Assembly: GCA_026026165.1 (NCBI GenBank)
Contig: JAPEUD010000010.1
Location: forward strand, 248,001-312,000
DNA: 64,000 nt
Direction of reading: 5' to 3'
Source of the DNA: Sarea resinae
Taxonomy: Eukaryota
The position numbers were made by a program, and so were the translations under genes. Below are positions 38,396 through 50,230 of this stretch, piece after piece. Numbering within the stretch: the first letter of the stretch is position 1; the number at the start of each line of letters is the position of its first letter. Under the pieces are notes generated by a model. That model was not told the origin of the DNA, did not search any database, and was given only the letters and a program-made list of their open reading frames with translations.

Positions 38396-38473
38396 CCGCG
38401 TAGTGCTTTCCGGGCGGACGTGATTACGGCGCCACGGGTGTTACAAGAGGCGGAACCCACGCGTGCCTCGCGT
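38396..38473. promoter_or_regulatory. MCB-like elements upstream of PIF1
   Basis: CCGCGT 38396-38401, perfect ACGCGT 38459-38464, TCGCGT 38468-38473. Confidence 0.5.
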
Positions 38474-39448
38474 AGATAAGATCATCGACGCCACGACATC
38501 GACTGCTATAAACTTATTCACATTCACGTTCTCCGGGTAGACAGGATTAGGCAGCTCAACATCGACCATCACAGCACATACGATCGAGGGCTATCAATTC
38601 GTTTTGCTTCCAACCTCCTCATCATCTCTCTGTATCTTCTGAGCGATAGTAAAGATCCCTAATGAGCTACTAACCACTTCCATTCGACCTCGCCACATTG
38701 ACCATTCAAACTCAACGCTGCTGCTACTGCCACTGCTGGTGCTTAATAATCCAGACGTTCAGATCTGAAGAGGACATTGCAGCAGGGAACCCCACAAAGT
38801 ACGCACATGGAGGCGTGACCCGCCATCGCAAGAAGAAATAAATCAAGGACTTCAGATGCTCAAGCATGTCACAAAAAAAAGTGATGACGAGCAAGGAAAT
38901 TCGTGAAAAGATGATATCAGACGAGATGCCATTCTGGAGAAAGAGAACTACAGACATTCTGGATCAAGCAGAGTCGGGAGAAATTTGCAGAGAGGACTAA
39001 GTAAACTCGTGAATGCTGACGGAGAGAGGAGAAAGAAGCTCACAAAGCAGGTCGACGGAGAAATAATCTCGTCAGACCACTTCCGTGAGATCAAGATGTG
39101 AAAACGACTTTTTGAACAGTTGCAACGAGGTAGAGAATTTGCTCAATGCTGGGAGTGTAACGGCGAAGAACATTGATCGCAAAGCAGTCGAACTAAAGAC
39201 GCTGATCAAAGGAGATAGTTCAATGTCACTGCAGGGTGGAAAGCCCGCAGCAAGCCAATTCGTCTCTCTTCGCGAGAGCAAGACACACGTGCAAGCACAT
39301 GAGAAGAAAATAAAAGCAAGACCAGAGAGATCCAGAAACCCTTCAGGAAAGCAACACCGATGGGCTACTATCCAAGAGTGCGCATGAGAAGCCCGTGATT
39401 TCAAGCCGTCGTCATTGGACCCCACCGCCTGCACCTAGACCGCAAAGT

Positions 39449-41274
39449 CTAACCCTGGTATCCGCTGAAACCATTTCCGACATTGTTGAAGCTAGCAGGG
39501 CTAGGCTGAGCCCATTGAGCGCCAGGAGTTTGATTGCCGCGGCCGTAGCCGCCAGCACTAGCTGGCATCTGGCCGTAGCCTCCAGCGCCGATGGCAGGTC
39601 CAGCGAAATTGCCTTGCTCTTGGGCCCACCGCTGACCACCAGGACTTGGGCCTTGATCGTCGAGTAGATTAGCAAAATTCCACCGACACATTCCAACAGA
39701 AGCTCACCTTGGGGAGTCATTGGGCCACCAGGTCCACCGTATTGTGGGAAGTAAGGCGACGGCGACTGTCCATAGCCTGCAGGGGTGCCCGCTTGCTGCG
39801 GGGAGTAGCCTTCGAATTGACCGGTAGGAGGACGATCTTTACCCCACTAAGTACAGAAGATTAGCTCATTCCCAAGATCGACTTGATTCCCCAAACTTAC
39901 GCTGCACTTCAATGGACGTCCGTTGACATTGTAACCGCTGAGCTGGCAAATGGCCATAGCCGCATTCTCGTGAGTATCCATCTTCACAAAGGCAAAGCCA
40001 CGGTCGGATTGAAATCTTGTTTCGACCACATAACCGAAGTTCTGAAAGAGTGGAACTAGATCATTCTGCGTGGTATATGGCGTGAGGTTGCCGACATAGC
40101 AGGTTGTTTGCCACTGTGGGGTCTGTTGAACGATCATGTCATAGCTCTGGACGCCATGGGTGGGGAAATGATGGTGTCCGTACGGAGTTGTAGGAGTCAT
40201 GCCCATTGAAGCCATTGCTTGCTGTTGAGAGATGGAGGGCTGGCCTTTCTGGTTCGCCCAGTTGCAGCGAATAGCGCGGGATCCCAGCCATTCGCCATCC
40301 ATCGAACTGAGAGCTTTCTCTGCATCGGCACGGTCACGGAATGCCACAAAACCATAGCCACGGGATCGGCCAGTCTTCATGTCCCACATTACACGAGCTT
40401 CGGATACAGATCCAAAGGCCGAGAACGCTTGTAGAAGAACTTCATCGTTGACTTCGTTGGAAAGGTCGCCCACGAAGATGTGAAAGTGGTTGGATGTATC
40501 TTCTTTGCTGCCAGTATTGGATTGGTAGGCCCAGTTGACACGAATCTCCTACAGCGGTCTATATATTAGTCATCTACTTGATCATAGCATCAGGATCTAC
40601 TGACGACTTGGTGGACCCTCCTCCCGTTCAAGGTCGACATGGCACGCTCAGCTGCACCGGGATCGTCGTATTCGATGAAACCGTAGTTGAAGCCCTTGCT
40701 CTAAGATTTCTTGTGTGTTAGTAGCAGGCCAACAATGGGGGTCGTGAAAGGTAGATGATGAAGTTGGGTGTGAGCGGCTGAATATATACTACGCCGAACT
40801 TGGGGAATTGGGTGAATGGCGTTCCAAAGGAAGTGGGTGAATGAGCATCGTCCTCGATAGACGAGGTACATCAATAGCTAGGTGAGAGATGGATTATCTT
40901 ACGTTCTTATCAGGGATGATCTTGACGCTCTGAACGTGACCGGTGGTCTCAAAGATCTGTCGGAGAACGTCCTCCGAAACTCTGGGATCAAGCCCACCCA
41001 CGTACAAAGCACGTTTGTTCGGCTCGGGAGCGGCGCGACGCACAAACCCGCCGCCGGCACCGCCAGGCGACATGACACCCGACATTGGAGAGGTCATGGC
41101 CGTGGGAATCGGATTCGTGTTCTGCGGAATGATGACCGGTGGGAGAGGCGGCGGGGGCATGTGGGTACCCTGACCCGGGCCGCCCTGGCCGTTGTCATAT
41201 TGCTGCTGCCCGGGGGCCACGGAGCCTTGCGGCGGCGGGGGCAGCGAAGAGTTTTGATTCTGGTTATCGGCCAT
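39449..41274 (-). CDS. PUB1: Poly(U)/polyadenylated RNA-binding protein Pub1 (TIA-1 family, 3 RRMs); at least 5 exons
   Basis: RRM1 ALYVGGLDPRV...KIIPDKN|SKGFNYGFIEY, RRM2 HIFVGDLSNEV...RSRGYGFVAF, RRM3 TCYVGNL...RGFAFVKM, and a Gln/Gly-rich tail. Confidence 0.95.
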
Positions 41275-43344
41275 TGCGAAAGAAATGACGAACAGATCCG
41301 TTTCACTACCGAATGAATATACTTGTGAAAAGGATCAAATCTAGGGACCTCGGGGGTCAGCTTTGGAAAAAATCTCAGGGCGCGCGACGTTTCATTTGGC
41401 GCGGTGATCGGAATTACGAACCGATCAGGGAGCTTGACACGGCAGATGATGAGCTTCCTAGAAAGTAGATTGATATGGTCGGACGAAGCTTGAAAGAAAT
41501 CGGCAGGCCGTTCGCTGAAATGATGAACGGAGAACCGAAAGGAACAAGTTCGAGGTTGGAGGCTGAATAACTGCCCAAAGCTAGTGGTCAACAAAAAGAT
41601 TATCAAAATGGCGAGAGGTGCAGGGCCAGAGGTACGTACGAGATAAATGGACGAAACGAGACAAGAGAAGACGGGAGGAAAAGAGAGGAATCACTCGAAT
41701 CCAAACGCCCACGCTTGACTTGCGATGGAGATGTACTTCGAACCGAAGAAAGGAGAAGGGAACGGATGGAGATGAGGAGGGGAAGAGAGAGAGCGAAGAG
41801 GAAGAGGCGGAGAGGAGAGAAGAGGGACAGCAGAGGAGGAGGAGGAGGAGGAGCAAGACGAACAGAGCAGTCAGTAGGTAGAGTGAGGTACAGACAGTAC
41901 TGGAAGTCGGTACTTTTGGTGGCTGCCACAGCAGAAGCAGCCAAGTCGGCCGTCGTAGGTAGACTCGTGGGAGAGGACCTAAGTAGGTACCTGTGAGTTG
42001 GGCGGGTGGTTGGTTGAATTCAAGGTACCTGGAACCTGAAGGGGAGCTCCAGGACCCTTTCGAGTAGGGCGTGACAGCGGAAGCGACAGGGTGTGGGAGC
42101 ATGATCGAGGGTATCTCTACTCCGTACTCTACCAGCTCGACCACCACCACCGGGACAAGGACTTACTTCAGTAGTAAGCGAGCGCATTTCGGTACAGAGG
42201 GAGCGAGGTAACTTCGTACGGTAAGCAGGTACCGAGCAAAGTGTCTTCCTTCACATACAATAATAACGATGGCGATGATGGATAATGGATGGAGCCCACG
42301 ATCAGCCTCCATCAGCCTCGAGGGAGGCAATTGAAGAACGACGATCCCATAGGAGGGGTCACAGCAGAGCAGCAATCCGGGCATCAGCAGGCATGTCGGC
42401 ACATGATGCCCCGTGTGCCCTGGGTCTCGAGAGAGACTCATGGATGCCCGCCCGCGCCAGCGTCTGCGCCGTACTCCGAGTATATCATATTTCAAGAGCC
42501 ATTTTATGATTTGTCGAGTTCATCTGATATTCAGTAACACGCCTCCAGGGCTGGCTCACCGAACACAGAAGTGGCCAGTTCATGACATACCTTCACCTAC
42601 TTGGGAGGTCTACTTCAGTAGCTTGGGCATCTGTACTCCGTACGCCTCTGGGCCAATTTACATCTCGGATGTATCACCACTCTACGGAGTACTCTCTCTG
42701 CCCCTCATCCCCCCTGACTGCCGCCGCGAGCATTACCGTCGGAGCATTCGCGCCTTATTGGCCTTTGCTCGGGTGTGACGTTAGTCGAGGTCATATCTCT
42801 TCTGAAGCTGTCTAATGTATGATCTGTGAATATCTGTCGGGGTGCACGTTCAGGTCGGAATCTGAACACCATATCTTCGGCCTTTCTACTGTGCTGATGA
42901 TAATCCAAAGAAATTCGACCGTTTGGTGTTTACCTTTGCAGACCCTCTTCAGGAAGTCTTCGAGCTAGACCCAAGGGAGCGCACCGCTCAAAAGGTGTCT
43001 GGTACCTCAACGCCCTACCAGTGTGGCCGCGAATCCAGGTGTCTCTACTTTTCGACTTTCCCACCTTATGAACACCAGGGTTCGGAGATGATCTTCTCGG
43101 ATCTTCCCGCAAGAGCCTATCCATCAATGGAGCTACATCCGACATGGTGCTCCATTCCATTGATCATTCACCTCATCTTGCCTGAGCTAGATATACTAAT
43201 CTTGCATCTGAGCAACGAATGCCCGACAAACGACCTTTGATTGATGCGCTTTCTCAGGGCAGTTGATCGCGCCGCGTTGGACTTTGGTCTCGTTAGTCTC
43301 CTGCTTACATCGATTGCCGGCTCGCCCTGCGTCAAGAAGCTAGT

Positions 43345-44584
43345 ATGGCTCAACACCAGACCGAGCAGCATCCGCTGGACAGGCTCCCTGCCATGCTCAA
43401 CCTCGTGGTACGCTGGTTCTCGTTCAGCTTCCTCTCATTCATACTGATCAATCATGCCTCCAGATGATCCAGACCGGGAAAGCTTTTCGGGAATCGGCAA
43501 AGCACAGCCCCGAGAACCTCGTCAATGTCAATGCGCATCTGAGGCTTGTATTGCCGGGAGCGCTGAATCGATATCACGAAGCTTTGGATGCCATTGAGAT
43601 TGAAATCGTGGGTATTCGTAAGGCAACTTATCTATGATAGATTTAACATATTCATCCTAGCTACGGGCCAAGGCCACCATCGAGAGAGACCTTGCTGTAT
43701 GCAAAGCCCAGCGATTACGAAAGGAACACGAGGCTGCAGAAAAAGATCGTCTTGCTGCTGAAGAATTAGCAAAACAACAGCAGGCGTCTATGCCCGTGGA
43801 TCCCCAGCCGAAGGACCAACCGTCGTCGCAGGAACCGGACCGTACCGACCAGGATGTTACCATGACAGACGAGCCATTGCCTACTAAGAAAGAGGAGAAC
43901 GAGGAGGGATCGGAGCCGAGAGACGTCGCAGGGACACAGCCTCAGGCTGACACAGAAGGATCGGATGAAAAGCCTAAACCAACGGATCCGCTCAAGCCAG
44001 AACCGCAGGAGTCGGATGTCGCCATGAAAGCCGAAGGCGAAAACCAGGAGAATTCACAAGATGCACATCAGAACCCGCCCGATGGTTCCGCCCCAGCATC
44101 GGCCGGCTTCGATAACTTCTCATCGCTGTTTGGCGAGCCTACAACAGGCGAGGAATACAACTTGGATTTCGACCTTGACCGGCCCTCGGACGCTGCTGGC
44201 AACGGCACCACGGTGAATCATGACCATCTGTTTGGCGACGACAGCAGGAGCGCCGATACAAACCTGCCTGGCACGTCCAGTGAGGACGTGGCCGTGCTTC
44301 TCCCCGGCTTGGAGAATTATGCGAACGCCACAGATGATTTCGGCATGGTCGACGCTCCACCGACATCGACATCGGTCGAAAATACGTCGGTGCCTGCGCC
44401 ATCCCCCGAAACGGCAGCGCCAAACAAAGACAACAACAGTGGAGATTTCCCACCGCCCGAGTCCAACTTCGACGACCTCTTCTTCAACACGGGTGAATTC
44501 GGAGACGGCACCGGGGATCAAGACGATATGCTAGGCGAGGGCGGAGAGTTCAATGATGCTCTTTGGGACTTTGACCGCACTTGA
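43345..44584 (+). CDS. Helical N-terminus plus acidic low-complexity C-terminus; probable Mediator tail subunit Med2/MED29-like; exons 43345-43407, 43464-43607, 43661-44584
   Basis: Spliced sequence MAQHQTEQHPLDRLPAMLNLV|MIQTGKAFR...LNRYHEALDAIEIEI|LRAKATIERDL joins the ORF-track frame 43790-44584 through canonical introns. The family call rests on motif resemblance only. Confidence 0.6.
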
Positions 44585-46752
44585 GACCGGATGAGCTTCT
44601 TGAAAGAAAACAATTTGGTAAAGCGACTTGAATGGAAGCTATTGATGGCTCGTTCTTCTCCGAACGGCGATGAGACGACAAGATCAACGAACAGGAGGCT
44701 TCTACGCATCAACAACAACAGCACAGTGAAGAGGCAATAGCAAGAGCCCCAGCCTCATCCCCGAAGCCTTCACAACACGCCGATCATCCCGACCACTCCA
44801 ACCAGCACCGTGCAGCCATCTCAAGACAGACGCCAAGGACACGTCCGGGCCTTGGAATTCTCCAAAACCAGAATCGAGTGTGCATATCTTTGTTCATTCA
44901 TGTCCCTGCCACTGTGGATGGATCCCATGTCCTTGACACCGCCGCTCCCGGCACTGAAGCTGCCTTGCGGGAGAATCGAATTGGGTTCCTCGGCTGACAA
45001 CGACGTAAAACGGTTATTGGGAAACGAAAGTCAGCCAATCAGTTGATGAGCCAATCAATCGATGAGCCATCTCAGCGCGCACGCACGCACGCACGCACAG
45101 GCTTCGACTGCACGCTTGCAGACAGATAGCCCCACACACGCACAGACAAGGCTGAAGAGAATTGTAGAACAGCTCCTCTACAAAAGCCATTCACATAGTT
45201 CACACAATCCACCTAACATAACACACACACATCCACATCCACATCCACATCAAACCCCTTCCTTACAACCACCATAACCTCTCCATCGCAGCTATAGCCC
45301 ACCCATCCCTACGGTCCACAAACAAAGCATAAGGTAGCTTAGCGATCTTGTATCCACAGCACCTGAAACCAACATAATCCATAATACAAAAGTGATCCGC
45401 AACCCTACCACTATAATACTGTAATAAGACAGCAGTACTAGAATTAGAAAAACGCGTTACATTTGCTTCTAAAGAAAAACAAAAAAAGGCCGTTCCTTTG
45501 TAGCCGTTATGATATAGACACCACTATAGCCTCTTTATTGTAGACGTGGTTTGTTTCTTCACAACGCGGGCGTCGGTAGACATGGCACAGCATAGCTTAG
45601 CTTGGCTTGGGTTGGAGAGAGATCTTGTGGTGTAGTCTTTGAGGCAGAGTTTTTTGTAGATGTAGGGGCTGTGGAACTGTGATCCTGTCATCCTATAATT
45701 CCGTAACCCCACACACAGTAATATAAGAGAGGAAGAGAGAAGTAATAGTAAACAGAATTAGAAGAGTCAATAGATAGACAGCCAAGGAGACAGACAAGAC
45801 CGATAGATAGAAAGACAGGCAAACAGACAGACAAATTCCGATCGAAAAGAAAAAAGGAGAGACAATTCCATATGCATTTCTATCCTAGCACTACACCCTA
45901 GCACTAAACACCAGTAAGCAAATTCTGAAACCCAGGGTAAATCCTGACACTCAAAAGAAACAAACGGAAACAAAACTCAACACAAACAAAAGTTAACAAG
46001 AAAAGTAAAGCTAAGCTTCCACCGATCGATCAAACCCAAACAAAAAAAAGACCAGATCAAAGAACGACCACTACTACATCTATCACGTAGCTGTATGTGT
46101 ATCTGTATCGGTATCTGGATCTGGATCTGGATCTGGATCCTGCGTTTCTATACACATCTCACGAATCCCACCAATCCCACAGATTTCACGTACCTGTATC
46201 TATATCTGCATCTTTAAGTTTCTTCAATTCTTTCTTTGGTTCTTAGCACACAAGCTATAATCTGATCCGAATCTAGCCATCTTGCCCTCATCGGCAACAC
46301 ATGCGATAAGTTTCCCCTTCCCCCCCTGGAGGAGCTAGTACTACACAGAGAAGAGTCTGCAAACCTGCAAGCCTGCGAGATCATCATCTAGACGTCCTGC
46401 CTACTTCCTATTTCATACGCCCCCGGCCCCGGCACCTCCCCGTTGCCTGTGTACGCAGTCGCTAGAAAGAGAGAGAAGGAAAAATGCTAGAGGAAAAAAC
46501 GCTATCATACCGTATATCCGTGCCTGTCCTAGCTAGGTATGCTCTGAGTATCGATGCAGCAAGTAAGTGAGCAAGCAAAGTGTAGAGCGAAACATGCCGA
46601 GAAAAAAAAAGAAATTAGAAAAGAAAAAAAGGAGAAGAAGAGCGCGTGACGACCAGCAAATACACATCATCGCAAAGGTACCCCCCTTTTCCAGTTTCCC
46701 CACCCACACACACATACACACACACTCTCTCTCTCCCACTTCACATCAGCCC

Positions 46753-48537
46753 CTAGTCAATCTCACCCGCCAACTGCACACTGACCTCCCACCTGCCGCC
46801 ACCGGCGCCATAGCCGCCCCCCAAGCGATTCCGCACCAGAGCGCACAGCCGCTCGCGCAAACGACTGCCGCCGTCGCCCGCGAGCGCTTCGGTGCCGCGT
46901 ACGCGCAGTTTCAGGTTCGCCATGCTGAGCCCGTAGTGCACCTGCCAGAACTTTGCTTCTTCGACGCGGCTGACGGCCAGGTCGGCTTCGATTTCGGAGA
47001 GGATGCGGGCGATGGGCGTGGCGGATGAGGTCATTATGGATGAGGAGGGCGTGGGTGCGGTTGTGGTGGCCGTGGCAGTGGAAAGCGAGGAGGTGGTAGA
47101 TGCTGATGAGGAGGAGGAGGAGGAGGAGGATGGCGGCGAGTACGACATCAATAGCATGAAGCCCAGCGTCTTGACGAGACGCGCGCCAAGCACGCACATA
47201 GACGTGGCCAGGGAGATGGACAGCGCGCGGTCGAGCCAGAGATACAGATCGACGCTCAACAGCGGTAGCAACAACATTAGCGCCGAGGTGGACAGGGTCA
47301 GGAGATGAGACGGGTTGGAGAGGATCGAGGGCAGCGACGAGAGCGTGGAGAAGCGGAGCGCCTTGCCGATGCGGGCGTGGTTCTTCAGCAGCAGCGCCGA
47401 CGTCAGCGTCGAGATGATGGCGAGCAGCGACGAGAGATCCACCGAGCCCGGCGACACGCGCGCGTGTGGGTGCGGGTGGTGCGGTGTGTGGTTTCCCAGC
47501 GATTCCAGCAGGTGCTGCAGGTTGTGCGATATGAGGTCCATGCCCATGAAGAGGAGGAAGACGGACATGGCGAAGGAGGCGAGGACTTCGGCGCGCTCGA
47601 GGCTAGACGAATGTGTGTGAGTAGAAAAGGGCCCTAAATGGTGGGAGCCCGAGAGAGTTGGGGAGGAAGAAGAAAACAGGGGGCTCACCCAAAGGGATGT
47701 CGTATGCTCGAGCGTTTCCAGACCTCGAAATTGCCCAGCACGTCGACAACCACGCACAGGAAAGCTCCCAGGGCATCAAACAGAATCATGTGCGAGAGCG
47801 AAGTCATGGCCAAGGAGCCCTGCGCGCTCCACAGAGTGTAGCCTGCGACAAAGGTGTGGCAGAAGCACCAAGCCGTACGGGACTTTTGCTCTTTCGACAT
47901 ACTCTTGCGACATTCGAGGAAAGTCGGAATTGGTAGGGAGGCGGGGAGGGCTAAGGGGGCGCGAGGGGCAGGCTCGAGGAAGATCTGGTGCGAGACGCTG
48001 CTGTGTTTGTATTTGTGGCCGCGGCGTTGACCGACATTCTGATCATGGATAAAAGATAGACGTATTAGCTTTCCCCCTCATCGTCTTATAGCGCCGTACA
48101 GCAGCTGTGACATTCGTCGTAGACATGAAAATGGAAAATGCACATACCGATTTCGCAACCGGTGACTTCGCTATCGTGGTAGTCTGGAAATTGAACGGAT
48201 TCCTTGCCACCTCTGCCGCCGACGCAGATGATGCCTTGGGGGTTGCCCCCGTACTGTCGGTCCCATTCATCGGGCTGTACAGTGACCCCGACCTCGCAGG
48301 ACTGAGGGTGTTTGACGCGGGCGATGCCATGGCCGAGGACATTGAGCCGAAGCTACGGCTGGCATAGTTGTCGTCGAGTGGCGAGAGCGCGTTGGGATCG
48401 AACGACACCTTGGCCGGCGAAGGCTGCGCGAAGCCCTCGAGACCGAGACCGGTTGAGTCTGCGTATTGATGGTCGTGGTCGTCAGGGGGCGGGGTGGGCG
48501 TCCGAGGTGGGACGGGTAGAGGCAGGTTGGATGCCAT
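46753..48537 (-). CDS. ZRG17: Cation diffusion facilitator family ER zinc transporter Zrg17-like; exons 48537-48148, 48038-47689, 47602-46753
   Basis: Pro-rich start MASNLPLPVPPRTPTPPP, QRRGHKYKHSSVSHQIFLEP, SHMILFDALGA, VWKRSSIRHPFG|LERAEVLASF, a His-rich loop HTPHHPHPH, and AKFWQVHYGLSMANLKL. Confidence 0.85.
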
Positions 48538-48897
48538 AGTTTTGGTGGATGCTGGTTTATCTGAAGGAGGCCATGGGGAGTTTAGGGAGGATCTGAGGAG
48601 GAGCTGTAGCCTGGTCGTGAGGTCGTGAGCGGACCGTGTTTATTATGCGAATACGAAGGATGGAGATGTTGACGACGGCGTTGGATGGAGAGGGGACATG
48701 GGAATTGGGAGATGGCAGACGGCGTTCCCCAGATCGAGGTCCCTTTGGCGAGATGGCTGCGAGCGATGACGAACCTGGGGGCTGTAGCTCACCTCTCTCA
48801 ACACAACCACGACAACTCTCTTCACACCCGCACCACCAAAAGCCATTGCGCCTTCATCGTGATGCAGCTACTCTTCGCAGAAGGCTGAAGACGCCGT

Positions 48898-50202
48898 ATG
48901 ATGGAAGATGGATCTTCACTCTCTGCTGTGGTCGCAGAGAAGGAGACGGACCAGACCAAGTCACAGGCAGAAGCACAGGCACAAGCACAAGCGCGCATCG
49001 ACGTGAAAAGGGCGCCGCCCAATACTACCTCCTCCTCTTCCAGCTCCACCGAAGCACAAACAACACCGCCGGCAAAAGAGGGCCTACCACTCGGCCATAA
49101 CCACAGTCGAAGCCTCTCAGGCGGCGTCCTATCGAAACGGTCCTCGCTGCGCAACACAAGTTCGGAGCCCGACGAGCCAGCGGCAAAGGGAGTCGATTCG
49201 AACAACGGGACGACCATCCACCCCACAAACGGCCATGTGCCTGTGCCCGCGCCTGCGTCTCCCGAGAGGCACTCGGCCATGCGGACGGCCGTCCAGCAGC
49301 AGACCAAGACGCGTAAACGAAAGGGTTCACTCAGGAAGACGGCGCTGCTGGGCACGGGCATCTTGCGACTGGAAAGCAGCCGAGAGCGACGGGGTAGCTC
49401 GAGCCTCCTCGAGCCCGTCAAGCAGCAGTCAGCCGATACGCAGCGCGAGAACGATGACTCGGGCGGCGGCGGCGGCGCCGCCGCAATACGTGGGGCAATT
49501 CCATCCGGCTTTTCCAGCAACAGTCGAGACCAGGCGACGAGACTCGCCATGCCCACGACGAAGACAACAACAATAACGACCAGCAGCAGCAGACCAGCGA
49601 AGCCGGATTTCCCGCGCCTCCAAACCCTCTCGCACGCGCACAACAGCCGCACGCAAACCCAGCACGCCACCATCTCACCAACGACATCCTCTCCGACCAC
49701 CAGCCCGACCCTAGTCTCGCCCTCCACAACAACAACCACAACCTCAGACGACGAGCCGCCGTCGCCCGTGCCCAAAAACCCCACCTCCTCACTCCTCTCG
49801 CCCTCGACCTCCCCACCATCCTACTTCCCCCCCTCGCCCCTCTCCCAACCCAACACCCCACTCAACAACACCAACAACACCACCAACGACGCCACCCCGC
49901 TGCCCCCTTGGGACTGGGACTACACGTCGACGGCGTCGTGGGGCTGGGTGCTCCTGACCACGACCTGGCTCGTCTTCGTCATCGGCATGGGCTCCTGCTT
50001 CGACGTCTGGTCGTGGGCCTGGGACGTCGGCCAGACGCCCTACGCCCCGCCCGAGCTCGAGGACGACCCCACGCTCCCCATCGTCGGCTACTATCCCGCG
50101 CTCATCATCTTGACCGCCGTCATGGCCTGGGTCTGGGTCGTGGTCGCTTGGGTCGGCATGAAGTATTTCAAGCATGCCAAGATTAGCGGGGAGGATGTTT
50201 AG
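48898..50202 (+). CDS. PIG-Y/Eri1-domain protein (GPI-GlcNAc transferase subunit Y) with a long disordered N-terminus, single exon
   Basis: C-terminal two-TM module WGWVLLTTTWLVFVIGMGS...YYPALIILTAVMAWVWVVVAWVGMKYFKHA matches the PIG-Y/Eri1 pattern (W.G.K.F.H). Confidence 0.75.
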   Translation: MMEDGSSLSAVVAEKETDQTKSQAEAQAQAQARIDVKRAPPNTTSSSSSSTEAQTTPPAKEGLPLGHNHSRSLSGGVLSKRSSLRNTSSEPDEPAAKGVDSNNGTTIHPTNGHVPVPAPASPERHSAMRTAVQQQTKTRKRKGSLRKTALLGTGILRLESSRERRGSSSLLEPVKQQSADTQRENDDSGGGGGAAAIRGAIPSGFSSNSRDQATRLAMPTTKTTTITTSSSRPAKPDFPRLQTLSHAHNSRTQTQHATISPTTSSPTTSPTLVSPSTTTTTTSDDEPPSPVPKNPTSSLLSPSTSPPSYFPPSPLSQPNTPLNNTNNTTNDATPLPPWDWDYTSTASWGWVLLTTTWLVFVIGMGSCFDVWSWAWDVGQTPYAPPELEDDPTLPIVGYYPALIILTAVMAWVWVVVAWVGMKYFKHAKISGEDV

Positions 50203-50211
50203 GTTCAGTAA

Positions 50212-50230
50212 GGGGGGGGGGGGGGGGGGG
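50212..50230 (+). repeat. Poly(G) tract directly after the PIG-Y-like stop codon
   Basis: About 19 consecutive G. Confidence 0.9.

Noticed and set aside
42770..42960. C/D snoRNA or TPP riboswitch in the PUB1/Med2-like spacer
   Set aside because: Isolated TGATGA and CTGA words are in the wrong order or spacing, and the TPP aptamer core is not present.
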